Shown here piece by piece: positions 35,444-49,709 of a stretch of 64,000 nt of DNA. Below the pieces are notes generated by a model. It was not told the origin of the DNA, did no database searches, and was given only the letters and a program-made list of their open reading frames with translations. The position numbers were made by a program, and so were the translations under genes. Within the stretch, counting starts at the first letter, position 1. Each line of letters starts with the position of its first letter. Origin of the DNA: Acanthaster planci (Eukaryota); contig NW_019091358.1 in NCBI RefSeq assembly GCF_001949145.1, positions 155,984 through 219,983 of the forward strand, written 5' to 3'.

Positions 35444-36777
35444 GTATGTAAATTCATTGCATTTAAGCTTTTGTGAGTAAAGTTTGCTGCACACCTGATT
35501 TTACTGGTTCACTGAACTGTCTTGCTATCACAAGTACAGACTGCAGAGGTGTGCACTGAAGAGTGGACCTGTCTGATCATAAACCATGTGACCGGAGGAA
35601 ATCAAATATGTTTGATTTGGTTTTCAAATCTGATTTTACCAGATCCAATATACTGAAAAGATGTGCTGGAACCCTTTGATTCCACTGGAAATGATAATAC
35701 TGTTGGGTTAATGAAGAAAAGGCACATGATTCAAAAGTGCATCCGTCCAGATAGAAACAGCAATCATGTGACTGGTCATGTATGAGTGTGAATGGTAATA
35801 GAACTGAATTGAACGTGCATGCAGGAGAAGTTATGGTTTACCGTAACAATGACAAAAATCATACTGGTGGTGCAGTTATCCAATGAACTGGTGAAAGTGG
35901 AAACCTACGGGAGGCTTAAAAGTTGCAGACTAATTGTGCCCCGTATGTATGTCCTGTTACAGTGATGAGGTCAGTCAGTGAAAATGCACCATTTATTGTT
36001 GGAAGTATGAAGATTTTCATGTTTGGTTGTATTCTTGATGTGTTACCTCTGAGGCTATGTTCAGACAGTGTTTTAGCCAAAACTGTGAACATCGAAATGG
36101 TTGCTGGGGGAGGGCGATGGTAGCCATAAAATTAATATGAATCCAGCATTCAGATACCGTTTTCACATTGCAAGTTCAACTCAAACTGGTTAATCCTTAT
36201 TTCTCATGGTCACTTCGAACTTCCCCTCATGCATATTAAGTGCATACCAGACTATGCACACTGAAATTAACACTGCTTGACATTCATCATATTTCTTGCT
36301 TTGAACTCGTGAAATGTTCTGGAACAAACTTCCTTTTTATAGAAATTGCTTAAATAAGTTGTAGATTATTACTTTACGCCATGAGACTTCCCCACTCAAG
36401 TATTTCTTCATTGGACTACATTCCATTCATTTGTTTTCAGTTTCTCTTGTTGAAGACTGTGGTGCAGACAGAAAAATTATTTTGCATGACAGTATATGCA
36501 CTTGCTGAAGGATAAGCTTTCTGCCAGAACTACAGATATCAGTTGGGTTCAAACAGACTGTTGCTAGAAAAATACAATTTTGAAAGAGATGGCTCTCTTC
36601 AATTTACATAGTATTTAGTTGAATCTGCCGGATGTACATGTATTAACAAAAAGAATGAATTAAAAGCTCAATTTTCAATGATTAGGTACTTGTCACGTTT
36701 CTTATGGCAAAATTTGAGGTGCAAGGGACTCCAAGAGTTCTTGAATCTTACGTCAATCTTTCTCTTTTTGTAATCAG

Positions 36778-36938
36778 GTATTATGTTTGAATCACAATCA
36801 CATCGAGTGCATTCTTCCACGTCCAAAGGCTTGTGTAAGTAAAGGATTCTCAAGAGGATTAAAAGATGATCTAACAGATGTATATAGTCCGGGCAATTTC
36901 ACACCTATTCTGGAAAACCTGGAAGTGCTACACCTGGG
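36778..36938 (+). CDS. LRRC9: LRRC9 internal exon (phase 0-2)
   Basis: VLCLNHNHIECILPRPK...PILENLEVLHL(G); AG/GTAAG. Confidence 0.9.
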
Positions 36939-37799
36939 GTAAGGTTCATTTAATTTGATATTTGAATTGTTTTCTAGTCATGTGTTTGTGTATATTTATA
37001 TGCAGATCCTGTGTCATTGATTATCTTGTTACCTATTACTAAACTTGTAAAAGGACTTTAAATGGACTCGATTACAGCACTGAGTGGTTTGACATAAACG
37101 TATACTGAGAAAAGTGTGTAATGTTGTCATTGGATCATCAAAACTGCAAATTCTGATTTTCCCTTGAAAAAGATTGAGGAAGATCAAAATGTCATGCCCC
37201 CCAACTTTCTGATTTCTAAAGCACTCTTTAGCATTTCTCAACTGATATGAAATTTAATGGGCACAAAAAATATGCAACACAGATGTTTGATAGGGAGTAC
37301 ATATGCCTTTGAATTCCTTTCAATGCCATATTTTGATTCTTTGTTGCTTTAAACTTATTTATAAACCTGTTACAGTACAATTGAACGAGTTTTAGAAAAT
37401 ATCTTGGGACAGTTTTTCTATTCTGATTGGTCGAAACATGTCACATGACCATTTATTAACATTTGATAATGCCCACTGAAAAATGATAATGCCCGCTGCG
37501 TAAATCACACTCTGGTATATGGTTACAAGACAGTTTGATTGGGTCCGATTGGTCAGGAGTCTGTGTGCATGCAACATGCCATGATTCACGTTTTCAGCTC
37601 TGCAGGGTACAAATATTAAGACTTGTCTATCAATAAATTTTCTAAAGGGTGTCCCAGAAAAGTGTCACTGCCCAATTTTTAGAGTACAAGGCTGGGGCAT
37701 TCTTGATGAAATGCCCACCTTCATCACAGATATTTGCTTGGGTCCTTGGTATTGTGAGAATCAAGTTTCAACTTTCATGTAGTCAGTTGCTTGTTCCTC

Positions 37800-39960
37800 C
37801 TTGAAACAAAACAAAATGAAAAAAAAATGGCCAGGGCCACTTCTAGTGGACCACTTTGTAGTGTTAAGGTCACCAGGTGGCAAGTCACTAGTTTACTAAT
37901 ACATACCTTGCCATATAGCTCTCTGAAGGGTGTGTACCTTTCACCAGATGGGACTGGATCAGGTGAGTGGTGGGTCTCTGCAAGTATCTCTGTAGGGAGC
38001 CATGGAGCCTTCCAAATGTCACAGTCTTGACTCTGACACTTTAAGATGCTGTACATGTAATGTCTGACCTTGCAATGTGTTTCCATGAACTTCATCAGTT
38101 TCTCCTTTTTTGGGTGCTGCTTGGTGCGGTCGTTAGTGGTTAATGTGTCATTAATCTGAAAAGAGAAATCACAAAAAATCACATACATGTACAATGCCCT
38201 TTTGGTAACTCAGTAACCATCAAACAGGCAGACGAACTGACACACATGTAGAAATAATTCATCAGTTTATGAAAATAACAGGTGTGGCATTTTCGGTATG
38301 ACAAACTGAAAATATCACCCATGCCACTTCAACAAACCGATGAATATATATTCATGTGTGTATCAGATCTTAAAAATGGTGATGACATGGTATCTTTAAA
38401 ACTTCACTCCAGAGCAGTTGATGTTGTCTTCAGATGCTGCATCATGGGATTCGAAGCTGTGCTCCTTCAACTGCAACCTTTTGATGAGGGTTGACTGCAG
38501 GTCCACCATAGGCTCAACGGAGTGAACAACCTCTTCCTTCAACTCTGGAATCTTCTTCCATAATGCGGATACTCTTCAACGAAGCACACTGCTTCAGCTC
38601 ATCTTCATGAGGCACTTCCTCCCTCATGACACCCACACCTTGCAAGGCAATATTGACCACACTCATGATTCGCTCCACTGGGTTTTTCCAACTGTGTTGG
38701 GGAGGCGTATGGATGGCACACTGAAAGTCTAGGTTAGGGTTCAGCCAAAGGGACATCAGTGAAAGTTGAACTGATAGGTATGTTGACCGGTGGTCAGGAC
38801 CACCATCTGTGTACAACAGTAGAATTGGTTTCACAAGTCCCAATTTTCGGATTATCTCCTTCAGCTTGGCCATGTGTCTTCCTGGAGATGATGGTTGGAA
38901 GGAATTTTCTTTGAAGGTGACAAAGACCCTTCCTCGATGGAATGACGACTCGATGCTTTCAGGGACATCGATAATCAATGCCACACTGGGTGTCAAACTA
39001 AGCCTGGTGAAATCATGGTCAGACATAGCAAGTTTCGTTCCTTTAGAAACCAGCACTTCCTTCCCCCTCTCAATTTCAGCAACTGGACAGTTGGGCTCAC
39101 CAACTTTGATTGTATGCTTGTCATCCAAAGAGGCAAAAGTAGGATGATCGCGAAACGGAATGGAAAAGTCTTTCTCGTATCTGAACAATGCTGATGCGTA
39201 GTGGGCACCTATATGATTGCCTCTCAGTTGACGAGCCTGAACCATAAACTTGATTTTGAGACGACCTGTATGGTGGCTAACTGACTTGGCTGTGGGTCAG
39301 CGTGGCCAAAACTGCCACCTCAGCCACTGGATACTGGGTGTGGCTGTTCTCTCTGGACACTGACTTGAGACTTGCTCATGAAGGTCTCAAACACTCAGAG
39401 CAGTCGCCAAGTGGGTAACTTCATCACCACCAGCAACCACATCATGTCTTCTGTCATCCACAACTGTTTCCACTGCCGAATCGATGTCCTGCTGGCACTG
39501 CCGCAGGAAATCATTGTATTGTTCAGGGCGGCCCTTGTTGTTCGTACGTAGATCCCAAATGAGATCTGGGTCTTCTTCATCTAGGATTCTGGACACTCTC
39601 TAGTCTATTTCTGCCTCTGCTGCTGTAGAAGCTGCATTGTTGTCACCAGTCAATCTGGTGTAAGCTGCACGGAGAAAGACAGACTAACAACCAGTTACCC
39701 TTCCAAAACATTGGACAAACTCTTGCCTCATTGCCCTTGAGTGATACACTGGGAGTGTCTCTTCCAATCCTTTCACAATATTGTGTGCCTAATTGAGTAA
39801 ATCTGATTCAGATTTCAAGTCACACACTTTCCACAGAAAGTGCAAGTGTTGAATTCCACTTCCAGTATGAGTATACAATATGACCTTGCAATGTGATATG
39901 ATATCAAAGATGATTGGCCTGCACCAATCAAAACGGGGCTCTGTGGGGTTGACGTGTGCA
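37800..39960 (-). mobile_element. Zator-like DDE DNA transposon, degenerate transposase
   Basis: SLDDKH, SDHDF, LYTDGGPDH, SWKNPVERIMS motifs; apparent spliceosomal introns. The superfamily call is from recalled motifs. Confidence 0.7.
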
Positions 39961-40435
39961 ATGCAGTGCATGGTGCATTTTGTCTGGTTTATTCGAAAAG
40001 CCAGACAGCGTGCTGCTGTAAGCGTGATTGGTTAAGAGAAACATGAATAAATTCATAAAAATTGCAACAATGAATAATTCAGTTCACAACATGACACGAA
40101 CGAAGCTTAGGCACTAGTTGCGGCGTGCGCAGTCACATGTATTGGTTTGGTGCTTAAGCTAGTCTCTCCTATCCCTAGTGCTCGAGGGACTATCCATTTT
40201 GATTCTCACGTTGAAAATGTCCCTTCCGCTTTGTAGATTTTTGCATGCTGCGGCTTCTACTCCATGCGGTCTTCGTGTATATTCCGAAAATGTAATATGG
40301 TAGATATTTTTGCACACTGCTTCTAATACGAAAATAATAGTTTTTTCCCCTTATTTCTATAGTTTTAGATAAATCAAAAAATTTTAAAAATCCAGGTCAC
40401 GTACATATCGTGGCTGCTAAACAAGTAATTTTTTA

Positions 40436-43400
40436 TGTGGCCTTATAGTGGCCAACGTGGCGCGTGAATGCCTGTACTCGCCAGCCCACATGTAGCCCAG
40501 ACACTCGCAATCCAACTGTACGCCGTTGACCACAGATTGACCAAAACCCTGCTGAACCCTGCCGACAGTTTTGTAGGAGATACCCTTCCACACACGTACA
40601 TCAGAGTTGATCTTTGACCCTCCGCACACATACAACGGAGTTGCCCTTTGACCCTGAACTACCGGATTACAGCAGAGACTACGCGGATTGCAGCAGGAAC
40701 TACTGGATTACAGCAGAAACTATTACAGGAGTGTAGCAGGAACTACCCAGAATATGGCAGGAAGAACTACTAGTTTACAACAGGAACAACCCAGAATACC
40801 ACAGAAAAATCTCAAACTACTGAGTGCTATACAGCTGGAGCCACCCTGAACTACCAGAGCAACCAGAAAACTGCAGGAACCATACGTGAACAGCCCAGGA
40901 CTATAAAACAATAACTATGGACAGGACTAGACTCTACAAACACTTGAATGCAGGGAAAAAAATTGAACTGAACTCGGTTTGTACTTTATTAATCATTGTT
41001 CTAATCAAAGACAATTGTGCTCAGTGTTGTTTGATATTGTAGTACAGTGGAACGTCGCAATACCAAACACCTCTATACCGAACATTCGGCTGTACTGCCT
41101 CCCAATATTTTGTGCACAAAATCTACCGAACATTATGCAGTTGAAAATCAACTGAGATTCGCCACAGCATGCATCAGAGATCGATCCTGAGCGGTAGCTT
41201 CACAAGTTTTAGGATAAACCAAATATCGATCAAATGGTGTGCAAGTCCGAAAGATGGATTCACACATTCCCACACATGTACACGGATCCATCTCCGCAAA
41301 ATACAAGGGAATTAGGAGAATTTTGTTCGTGTAACTCTGGCCGATCGTTATCATTACCAGAACTGCCAGAATCATCCCAGGAAGACAGTGAAGAACTTTT
41401 CCCCTGTTTTGTGTGTACGTTGTTAGTGACTCAACACCAAAAAAAAAAAAAAAAGCGATGGTGCAGTTCACTGTAAAATTGCCGTGTTCTCTCTCTCTCT
41501 CCTTTTACATGTATTTTGGTAGCTTGAAATTATTTTCAGGATAGTTTGGATCGTTATAGGGTAAATTTGAGTTTTCTACAGTTAAAAGATAGCGCACAAC
41601 TGCGTGTTTGCAACCCTCTGAAGACCGAAGCCAAGGTTTGTACATAGTTGTATGTGCTATGTAGCGAACATTCAGGTGAAATTTTCCACCACAACTTTTG
41701 GATGGGGTCGTGGCGTCTTAGTGCGTATGGACCAGTGGTATTTATGAGTCGTTCGTGTGGCTTATGTTTATTCAAGACACAGATTGTCTCGATGACAATC
41801 TCATGTGATCAGTTCAGTTCATTGGCTCTGCAGCACTTGAGTGCATGCTTCCGTCCGGTGCTCGGGTTCTCGCCCCCATTGACAACACCAGACAGATTGG
41901 TAAGAATGTGTACTAGACGCAGAAGAACAGTCAGTCATTTTCATGATGCCGCCTAACTCAAGATTTAATAAAAAACAAAAATAATTAACAGATACATTTC
42001 TAGAAACCTCAAACATGAATGCAATGACAAAACATCACGAAAACAGTGAATCATGGTATCACAAGAGGATGCACTTCAGTTAGACAAGAGAGTGCGCTAT
42101 TCAACATGGTAATGAAACGTTCGGCAGTTAATTTCGCTATACCGAAGGACCGCTGTACCAAACATTTAGCGTGGACCCCGTCATATTCGTTATAGTGGTG
42201 TTCCACTGTACAATATTGCTTAATATTGCCATATTGCTTGAAAATGCCATATTTCTTGATATTGCTAGACAGTGTTTGTGTTTCATGCCGACTGATTTAA
42301 AAGATATATACATATAACATCATTCTTTAATACCATTTACTGCATACTTACCATTACCTGTATACGTAACACCCCCATTGTACACCATGTCCACAAAATT
42401 CCCAGAAATGGAGTGGGATGCAAGCAACCTGGCAGAGGAGTTTAAGATTTTTCGACAGAGAGTCGAATTGTGTCTCACAGACCAAAACATCACAGACCCA
42501 GCCAGGCAAGCTGTTCAAATCAAAATACCCGTTGGAAAGGAAGGCCTGCAGAAAATAAATGCCTTCAGCCTGACTGAAGAACAGCAACAAGATCCATCCA
42601 GGCTGTGGGATTTGTTTGAGAAGCAACTGAAGGGGAAAGTCAATTTCAGAGTCCACCATCTGGAACAGATGCGATACCAGCGGAAGCCGAACAAGCACCT
42701 GGATGAATTCGTGAACAGATGTCGCGCCAAAGCAGCTGAATGCTAGTTTAGAGTTGAGGAATTCACCAAGCGAGTTATAGAATTAGTTATCGCATCTACA
42801 CCATCCAAGTCCTTTCAGAAGAATCTGTTGGACAGACCAATCGGATACGGCATTGACGACATGCTCGTTCAAGGGCGGAAGTATGGAGCGATCGTTGCCG
42901 GGAAGCAGAGTGCCAGTGAGCGCCATCTGAGCTATGACACGGGGATGCAGGAACTATGGCTTATCACATGCACCTAGACGATGCCCAGCATACATGTATC
43001 ATGATACCTGCAAGGCCTGCGGAGCTAAGGGGCACTGGTCTAAGTGTTGGAGAAAGACAAGAGCTGAAAGCAAACAGCACAACAGATCTAAGTCGCCATG
43101 GAGATGACATAGTACCTCCTGGGGGAGAAAGCCCCAAGAACACAAGCCCAGGGATGAAAGAAGGATGAACCTCCAGCACCTAAACCCAGTGAGCAAGAGA
43201 CAATGTCCATCAACTGGAATACAAAGACGATGAATATGAGGAAGTATTCCATGTTGTCACCATCCCAGGCTATGGTGAGCAAAGAAAAGACACCTGCAAA
43301 GAAGCCTCCAGCATGCTTGATGTGGTTTGTCTTCAAGTCAAGATAGACACAGGTGCGTGTACACTCCCACTCAAAACCATACCACAGATGTATGACGATA

Positions 43401-46098
43401 CCCGGAGAGCCCATACAAAACCAGTGACAACCAAGCTGACGGCATACAATGGGACACCGATCCTATGTCTGGGCTCCAGCAATCTACTCTGCAGATATGA
43501 AGACCCCACATTGTCAGAGCATAGATTCTACGTTGTTGACATCACAGCCCCAGTGATTGCAGGTCTACCTTTGTGCTGTGAAATGGGAGTTGTGACTATC
43601 TCTGCAGCCAGACTGTCGTTGGTACAGTCAATTGAAAAGTTGATGGAGTCATATCCAGATCAGTTCGACACTATTGGAAACTTCAAACGGAAGGCAACAT
43701 AGCACCTTAAAGAGGACACGGTACCCCACATCGACCCACCCAGGAAGTACAGCGTGCACGTCAAGCCCAAGTTGAATAAAGAACTTGACAAGATACAGGC
43801 GTAGGGGGTCATCAGAAGAGTACCGCACCATACAGACTGGTGTAGTTCAATCACCACCAGTATCGGGGTCAGATGGCTCCCTCCGTGTGTGCCTTGACCC
43901 TAGCGTCTCAACCAAAGTCTGGGTAGATGGCCCCACAAAATTCCTACACTGAAGGAACTCAACCCTGAGTTTTCCCAAGCCAGAGTCTTCTCTAAACTTG
44001 ATGCAAAGGCTGGATGCACCTCAATTAAAAGTCACAGGAGCTTACTACCTTCCGGATGCAGTTCGATTGCTATTACTTCCAATGTCTACCATTTGGACTC
44101 AATATCAGCCATAACAAATTTCAGCAGTGCATGGATGAGATTGGGGACCAGGTTCTGAGATGTGTTTGTATTGCTGACAATATAGTCATGTACGGCCGCA
44201 CGGAAGAGGAACATGATTCCAACCTGTTTGTGGTCACCAGGCACGAGGGGCTTGTGTTCAACAGCACCAAATGCAAAATTAAGATGAAAAAGATAAATTT
44301 CTTCAGCTCAATTTACTCTGACGAAGGAGTCTAGCCAGACCAGGGCGAGTTGAAGATATACATGGCATCCCCACACCACAGGACAAAGAAGACCTCCAGA
44401 AATTTGTTGGTCTAATCGCCTACCTCTCTGCGTACATACCAAACCTTGCCGACAAGGCAGTGATCCTCTGAGATCTTCTGAAAAAGAACATACATTTTGT
44501 CTGGCAAGAGGACCACCAAGCAGCATTTGTGGGATTGAAGCAGTCAATAACCGCAGATGCATGTGTCCAGTACTACAACCCTGAGACACTGACTGTACTT
44601 AAGGTTGATGCATCACAGAAAGGACTGGGAGCATGCCTCACGCAACAAGGCAAACCCATTGCCTTTGCATTCAAAAGATTATCGCCGGCACAGAAATACT
44701 ACTCCAACATCGAGAGGGAGACACTAGCATTGGTGTAGGGCATAGCCCAATTTCACAACTACATGTACCTCTTCAGGAAGGAATGCATGGTATACACAGG
44801 CCACATGTCGCTAGAAATGATGTGGAGAAAGCCTCTGTCTAGTGTACCACCCAGATTACAGAGTCTACTGATCAAATTGCAGGGCAAGAATTTCACTGCA
44901 CATAGCAAGCCAGGTCCGACAATGATCCCGTCCGTTGCCTTGAGCAGACTGCCCAACCCTAAGAAGAATGCAGCCATACACCTTGACCGACTCGGTGGTG
45001 GCATCGACGTCATCAATGGTCCAGACTTCAAGCAAATTGACCTCTTCCACTTCAGCCAGATGAAACAGACCCAACTACAGACCCAAACTGCCTGAGACCC
45101 AGTCCTGAGTTTCCCGAGCCAAGTCATATGTACTGGCTGGCCTGACCAAATCACGGAACTACCCCAAGACCTGAGGCCATACTGGCCCTACAGAGATGAA
45201 CTAGGAATATCTTCAGGTGTCGTCTTTAAAAAGAAACAAGTAATAATCCAAGAGGGCCTACAACATGAACCAGCTCCACGCTGGACACATGAGCATTGAA
45301 AAACAAATGAGATGGCTCGCTCAAGAAACTGTGTGCGGGCCAAAAAATTAACTGTGACATAGACAACACTGTAAGGGAGTGTGAATACTGCGAAGAAAAC
45401 CAACCGAAGCAGAAAAAGGAACCCCTCCACCCCCGTGAGATTTCCTGTGCCCCATGGACCAAGATAAGTATCGACCTGTTTGAAATTTGTGGTGATGACT
45501 ACCTCTTAATCATGGATTATACCACCTAGTACCCAGTCGTCCACAGGCTGACAGATACTAAGAGCACAACAGTAGCTGGTGTAACTTCACACACAATTTG
45601 CATGTTCGGGAGCACCTGCCGAGATCATCTCCGACAATGGCCCTCAGTTTGCTGGAGCACCGTGCAAGGATGTGTGCACTTTTGTGGGGCATACATTACG
45701 TCACATCCTCACCATGGCATCCCCAATCTAATGATTTCTGGAAAGTGCTGTGAGGATGATCAAGACACTCATCCAGAGGTGCCAGAAATCAAAGCAAAAT
45801 GTTGACAAGGCACTCCTAAGCCTGAGTGCTACTCAGATTGATCCCAAATCACCATCTCCTGTCAAGATAATGTTTGGCAGACCACCCCGCACAAGTTTGC
45901 CAAGCCGCAACCATATGTACATGCACGACACGAAGAAGTCAAGGAAACCAATGACCGGAGGCGAGACCAAATGAAAGCCTATCATGAGAGGATGAGCTCC
46001 CACCTCTTCATGTCTGGCAGAAGGTCCGTTACACATCAGAGAGACGACAGGCCCACAATGCTCTACTACTCCCAAGCGTGTCAGTTTTGCGGACACAG
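40436..46098 (+). mobile_element. Gypsy LTR retrotransposon, nearly full internal region, degenerate
   Basis: gag from ~42385 with Zn knuckle CKACGAKGHW; protease KIDTGA; RT LPFGLN and CIADNI; RNase H VDASQKGLGA..IERETLA; integrase PWTKISIDLF and SDNGPQF. Runs into an N-gap; 5' boundary approximate. Confidence 0.9.
41045..42208. mobile_element. Non-autonomous Tc1/pogo-type element nested in the Gypsy leader
   Basis: TA|CAGTGGAAC...GTTCCACTG|TA. Confidence 0.8.
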
Positions 46099-47156
46099 NN
46101 NNNNNNNNNNNNNNNNNNNNNNNNNNNNNNNNNNNNNNNNNNNNNNNNNNNNNNNNNNNNNNNNNNNNNNNNNNNNNNNNNNNNNNNNNNNNNNNNNNNN
46201 NNNNNNNNNNNNNNNNNNNNNNNNNNNNNNNNNNNNNNNNNNNNNNNNNNNNNNNNNNNNNNNNNNNNNNNNNNNNNNNNNNNNNNNNNNNNNNNNNNNN
46301 NNNNNNNNNNNNNNNNNNNNNNNNNNNNNNNNNNNNNNNNNNNNNNNNNNNNNNNNNNNNNNNNNNNNNNNNNNNNNNNNNNNNNNNNNNNNNNNNNNNN
46401 NNNNNNNNNNNNNNNNNNNNNNNNNNNNNNNNNNNNNNNNNNNNNNNNNNNNNNNNNNNNNNNNNNNNNNNNNNNNNNNNNNNNNNNNNNNNNNNNNNNN
46501 NNNNNNNNNNNNNNNNNNNNNNNNNNNNNNNNNNNNNNNNNNNNNNNNNNNNNNNNNNNNNNNNNNNNNNNNNNNNNNNNNNNNNNNNNNNNNNNNNNNN
46601 NNNNNNNNNNNNNNNNNNNNNNNNNNNNNNNNNNNNNNNNNNNNNNNNNNNNNNNNNNNNNNNNNNNNNNNNNNNNNNNNNNNNNNNNNNNNNNNNNNNN
46701 NNNNNNNNNNNNNNNNNNNNNNNNNNNNNNNNNNNNNNNNNNNNNNNNNNNNNNNNNNNNNNNNNGCGTCAGCTACACACACTAGTCAGCCACGTACAGT
46801 CTATACAATCACGTACTTGCAACGCATCAGCACCACGCAACACTTTGCGCAGCGCTGACAATGCCTTAGCTCCGTGCCAACTCACCAACTTCACTCTGCG
46901 AAGTCCAACACGCAACCAACTATAATGCGATCGCAGCACTCACTGCAGTAGCACGACCATGTGCACACAGCGCGCTACGCTATGCCTAGCCAGCACACGT
47001 TACCAAGTCACTAGTCAATCAGGTACGTGCACTGCAACTCATTAATAAAATTAGACTAGCTTTAGTCCTATACACTTTCCGTCACACCACAAACCCCATC
47101 AAGAAGGAACACCCCCCCAACCTAAGTCCCAAATCAGTTGAGGAAATCAAAACTAC

Positions 47157-48250
47157 TCAACCGACTGATATGGCTGCCTCTGCTACTTTACATAACATGA
47201 CAAATTTATCTAGCTTAAGGCTTGCTTCTTGCAGCAGTCGTTTATGCAGTGTGTTATCTGTTATGCCACACACAATTCTATCCCTGAGGAAATCCTCTGA
47301 GAGGCTGCCAAAATCACATGTAGATGCCAACTCCCTCAGTCGAACCAAATAGTGATCAAAACGTTCATTAACTTATTATCAGATATTAAACTTATATCTC
47401 TCATCGATTATATTTGTCTTGCCTTTACAGAGCTCTTCCCAGAGTTTCAGGATCATCTCAATTTTTTGTTTGTCCTCCGAATTGTACTGAACGTTGTTGT
47501 GAATTTCAAGTGCATCTCTGCCATATGGCAGTGATGAACATGACAACCCAAATTTTGTCAGGTTTTTCCACAATGTTAGTTACTATTTCGTAGCTTTCCC
47601 ACTACTGCCTGAACTTTTACTAGTTAGCTTTTAGATCACCAGTCACCTGCAACGCAGGTAGAAGTTGTATGTGTGTGTGAGTTTACACTGTAGCAGTCAT
47701 GATAGTAACCACAGTTAGGCTATGGAGTACTAGTAGCAAATCTAACAATTACATGTTACAACAACGATCAGTGACGATGGAATCATGGCCGTAAAATGCA
47801 AGCAGAATTATTTCTAAAATCTTTTACAGTGCTAACCTCAGATCTAATTTCTAAAGAAATGGTGTGTCCCTTCAGTTTATGAAGTACCGTCCATTATGCA
47901 ACCATTCAGTGGCACATTGATCAGTCTTTCACTACAGTTCATTCGATGTGGTGGAGATGCGTGCGTCACAATGGAGGTACATGTATGCAATGGCGTCGTG
48001 GAGAATCAATGTCAATTGAAGTCACCAATGTTTCGGGCTGATCTCTATTCATCTAGAGTCCAAAATCGTGAATCTCACGCATGAAGACATTACTGTTCTG
48101 ACACCATGTAATAACTTGCAGGACTTTGTAGGATGATGCCTGATTCAGATGATTTAAAGTGGATCTGGGTTGCATTTATTCAGCAGCAATTAAGCAAGGT
48201 TTTACAATCTTCTTTTTGAGACTGGTCAACAGAGGGCACCAAACCAACTA
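47157..48250 (-). mobile_element. Gypsy 5' fragment (LTR end, PBS, gag)
   Basis: ...TTATTACA|TGGTGTCAGAA PBS (tRNA-Leu-like) at 48096-48106; gag LRELASTCDFG..LRDRIVCGI..RLLQE..L.LDK. Confidence 0.85.
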
Positions 48251-49281
48251 TCGTCACAAATTCTAAAGCCTAAAACACAGATGCATGGCCCTGCTCATGA
48301 AAAATAATATCTTCAAGCAAGAAGGAATCATGTTTGCACCCACATCGTTTGTTCTCTGTGCACTCATGTCCAGATCGGACATGACTAGTCGCAGCTGTGA
48401 TGTACTGACACTAGGCCTCCCGTGTGGCTGCACTGCACACAGTAGGCAAATGCTGTGTCACACGTACCACAGCACTACTTTGCGGAGACTGGGTACTCCA
48501 CTGTGTAGTTCTAGGCACATATGTAGTCATGGGTGCGGGCTACAAGTTCAGACCTCTAGTCGTAATACAGTCCAACTAGTCGCCGCATCGCGACTAGTCG
48601 ACTGTCTGGAAAGGCTGTCTTTTACAGGCTGATTGAGGCTGTTGTGTACTTTCTTTCAAGTAAGATATTTCAGGATTATAGGGTAGTCCAATTTGGGGGA
48701 TTTTACCAAAGGAATACACTACCTTTAACTGGCAGAAATCTTTATGTTTTACGTTTTGCCAGTTTGATCATTTTCAACCATGCTAGGTGACTTGAGTTGC
48801 TGACTTTTGTCCTGAACCATTGCAACTCCAGTGCTAGAAAGTGGTTCCAGGCACATCAATTATAGTTTCATATTAAGAGTGTTACTACTGCATCTACATG
48901 TAGCTTTATTTCTTTTTCAATTTGACTTTTATGAAGAACCACAGAGGGGTGAAATATTGAAGGAAATCAATTTAAATTGAAGAAAAGGCACAAATTTCAG
49001 TGTATATTTGTTTTTAACTTGATTTTTGTGTGCATTGAAAATGTTGACCCAAAATCATCATGCAGAAATTTTGTTGTGAGACAGGCCTCAGCCATAACGC
49101 ACTTGTAACAGGCTGGAGTAAGGAACAGATGAAGCAGCAACTGAAAATCCCTATACCAAACTTCTGCTATGACAACTTTTAGTGTGAACTTGTCATGTTC
49201 ATTATGGCAGCATTGTATTGTAGACCTTTATGCATTATATCAGGATTAATTAACAAGTTTATGTTTTACCCTTGTTCCCAG

Positions 49282-49355
49282 ATATAATGGAATCACTGAT
49301 CTGGTCAAGCTTCAAATCAGCAGATTACCATCTCTTAAGGCACTCTTCTTACAAG
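49282..49355 (+). CDS. LRRC9: LRRC9 internal exon (phase 2-1)
   Basis: YNGITDLVKLQISRLPSLKALFLQ; AG/GTAAG. Confidence 0.92.
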
Positions 49356-49491
49356 GTAAGCTTGTAGATTAGATGTCGGATCCACAGTACAGCAAATTTT
49401 AGGCATTATTTGTCAGAATACTGAATATTGGGAAGTTGTTTATCCCCTTTATTGAGATTGTTGTCTTCGTTTTTGTTTACCTGTGCACCAG

Positions 49492-49709
49492 GAAATGAGA
49501 TCAGCAAAGTAGAAGGTCTTGATAGTTTACAAGATCTCAGAGAGATAGTGTTGGATCGTAACAGAGTAAAGGAGCTCACAGAATATTCTTTCATGAATCA
49601 GTGGAACTTAGTGGAGCTCCACATGGAAGAAAATAGACTTCGTAATTTATCCCACTTGCAGTACCTCGAGAACCTTCAAAGGCTTTATCTTGGAAGTAAC
49701 AGAATACAG
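49492..49709 (+). CDS. LRRC9: LRRC9 internal exon (phase 1-0)
   Basis: (G)NEISKVEGLDSLQDLREIVLDRNRVK...ELHMEENRLRNL..LQRLYLGSNRIQ; AG/GT. Confidence 0.93.

Noticed and set aside
36835..36877. Micro-intron (GTAAGT...CTAACAG) inside an LRRC9 exon
   Set aside because: 43 nt; removal would shift the frame, while read-through is open and joins the next exon in phase
46766..47150. 3' LTR of the + strand Gypsy
   Set aside because: It has an AATAAA and a CA end, but I could not match it to the 40.4-kb region; left unassigned
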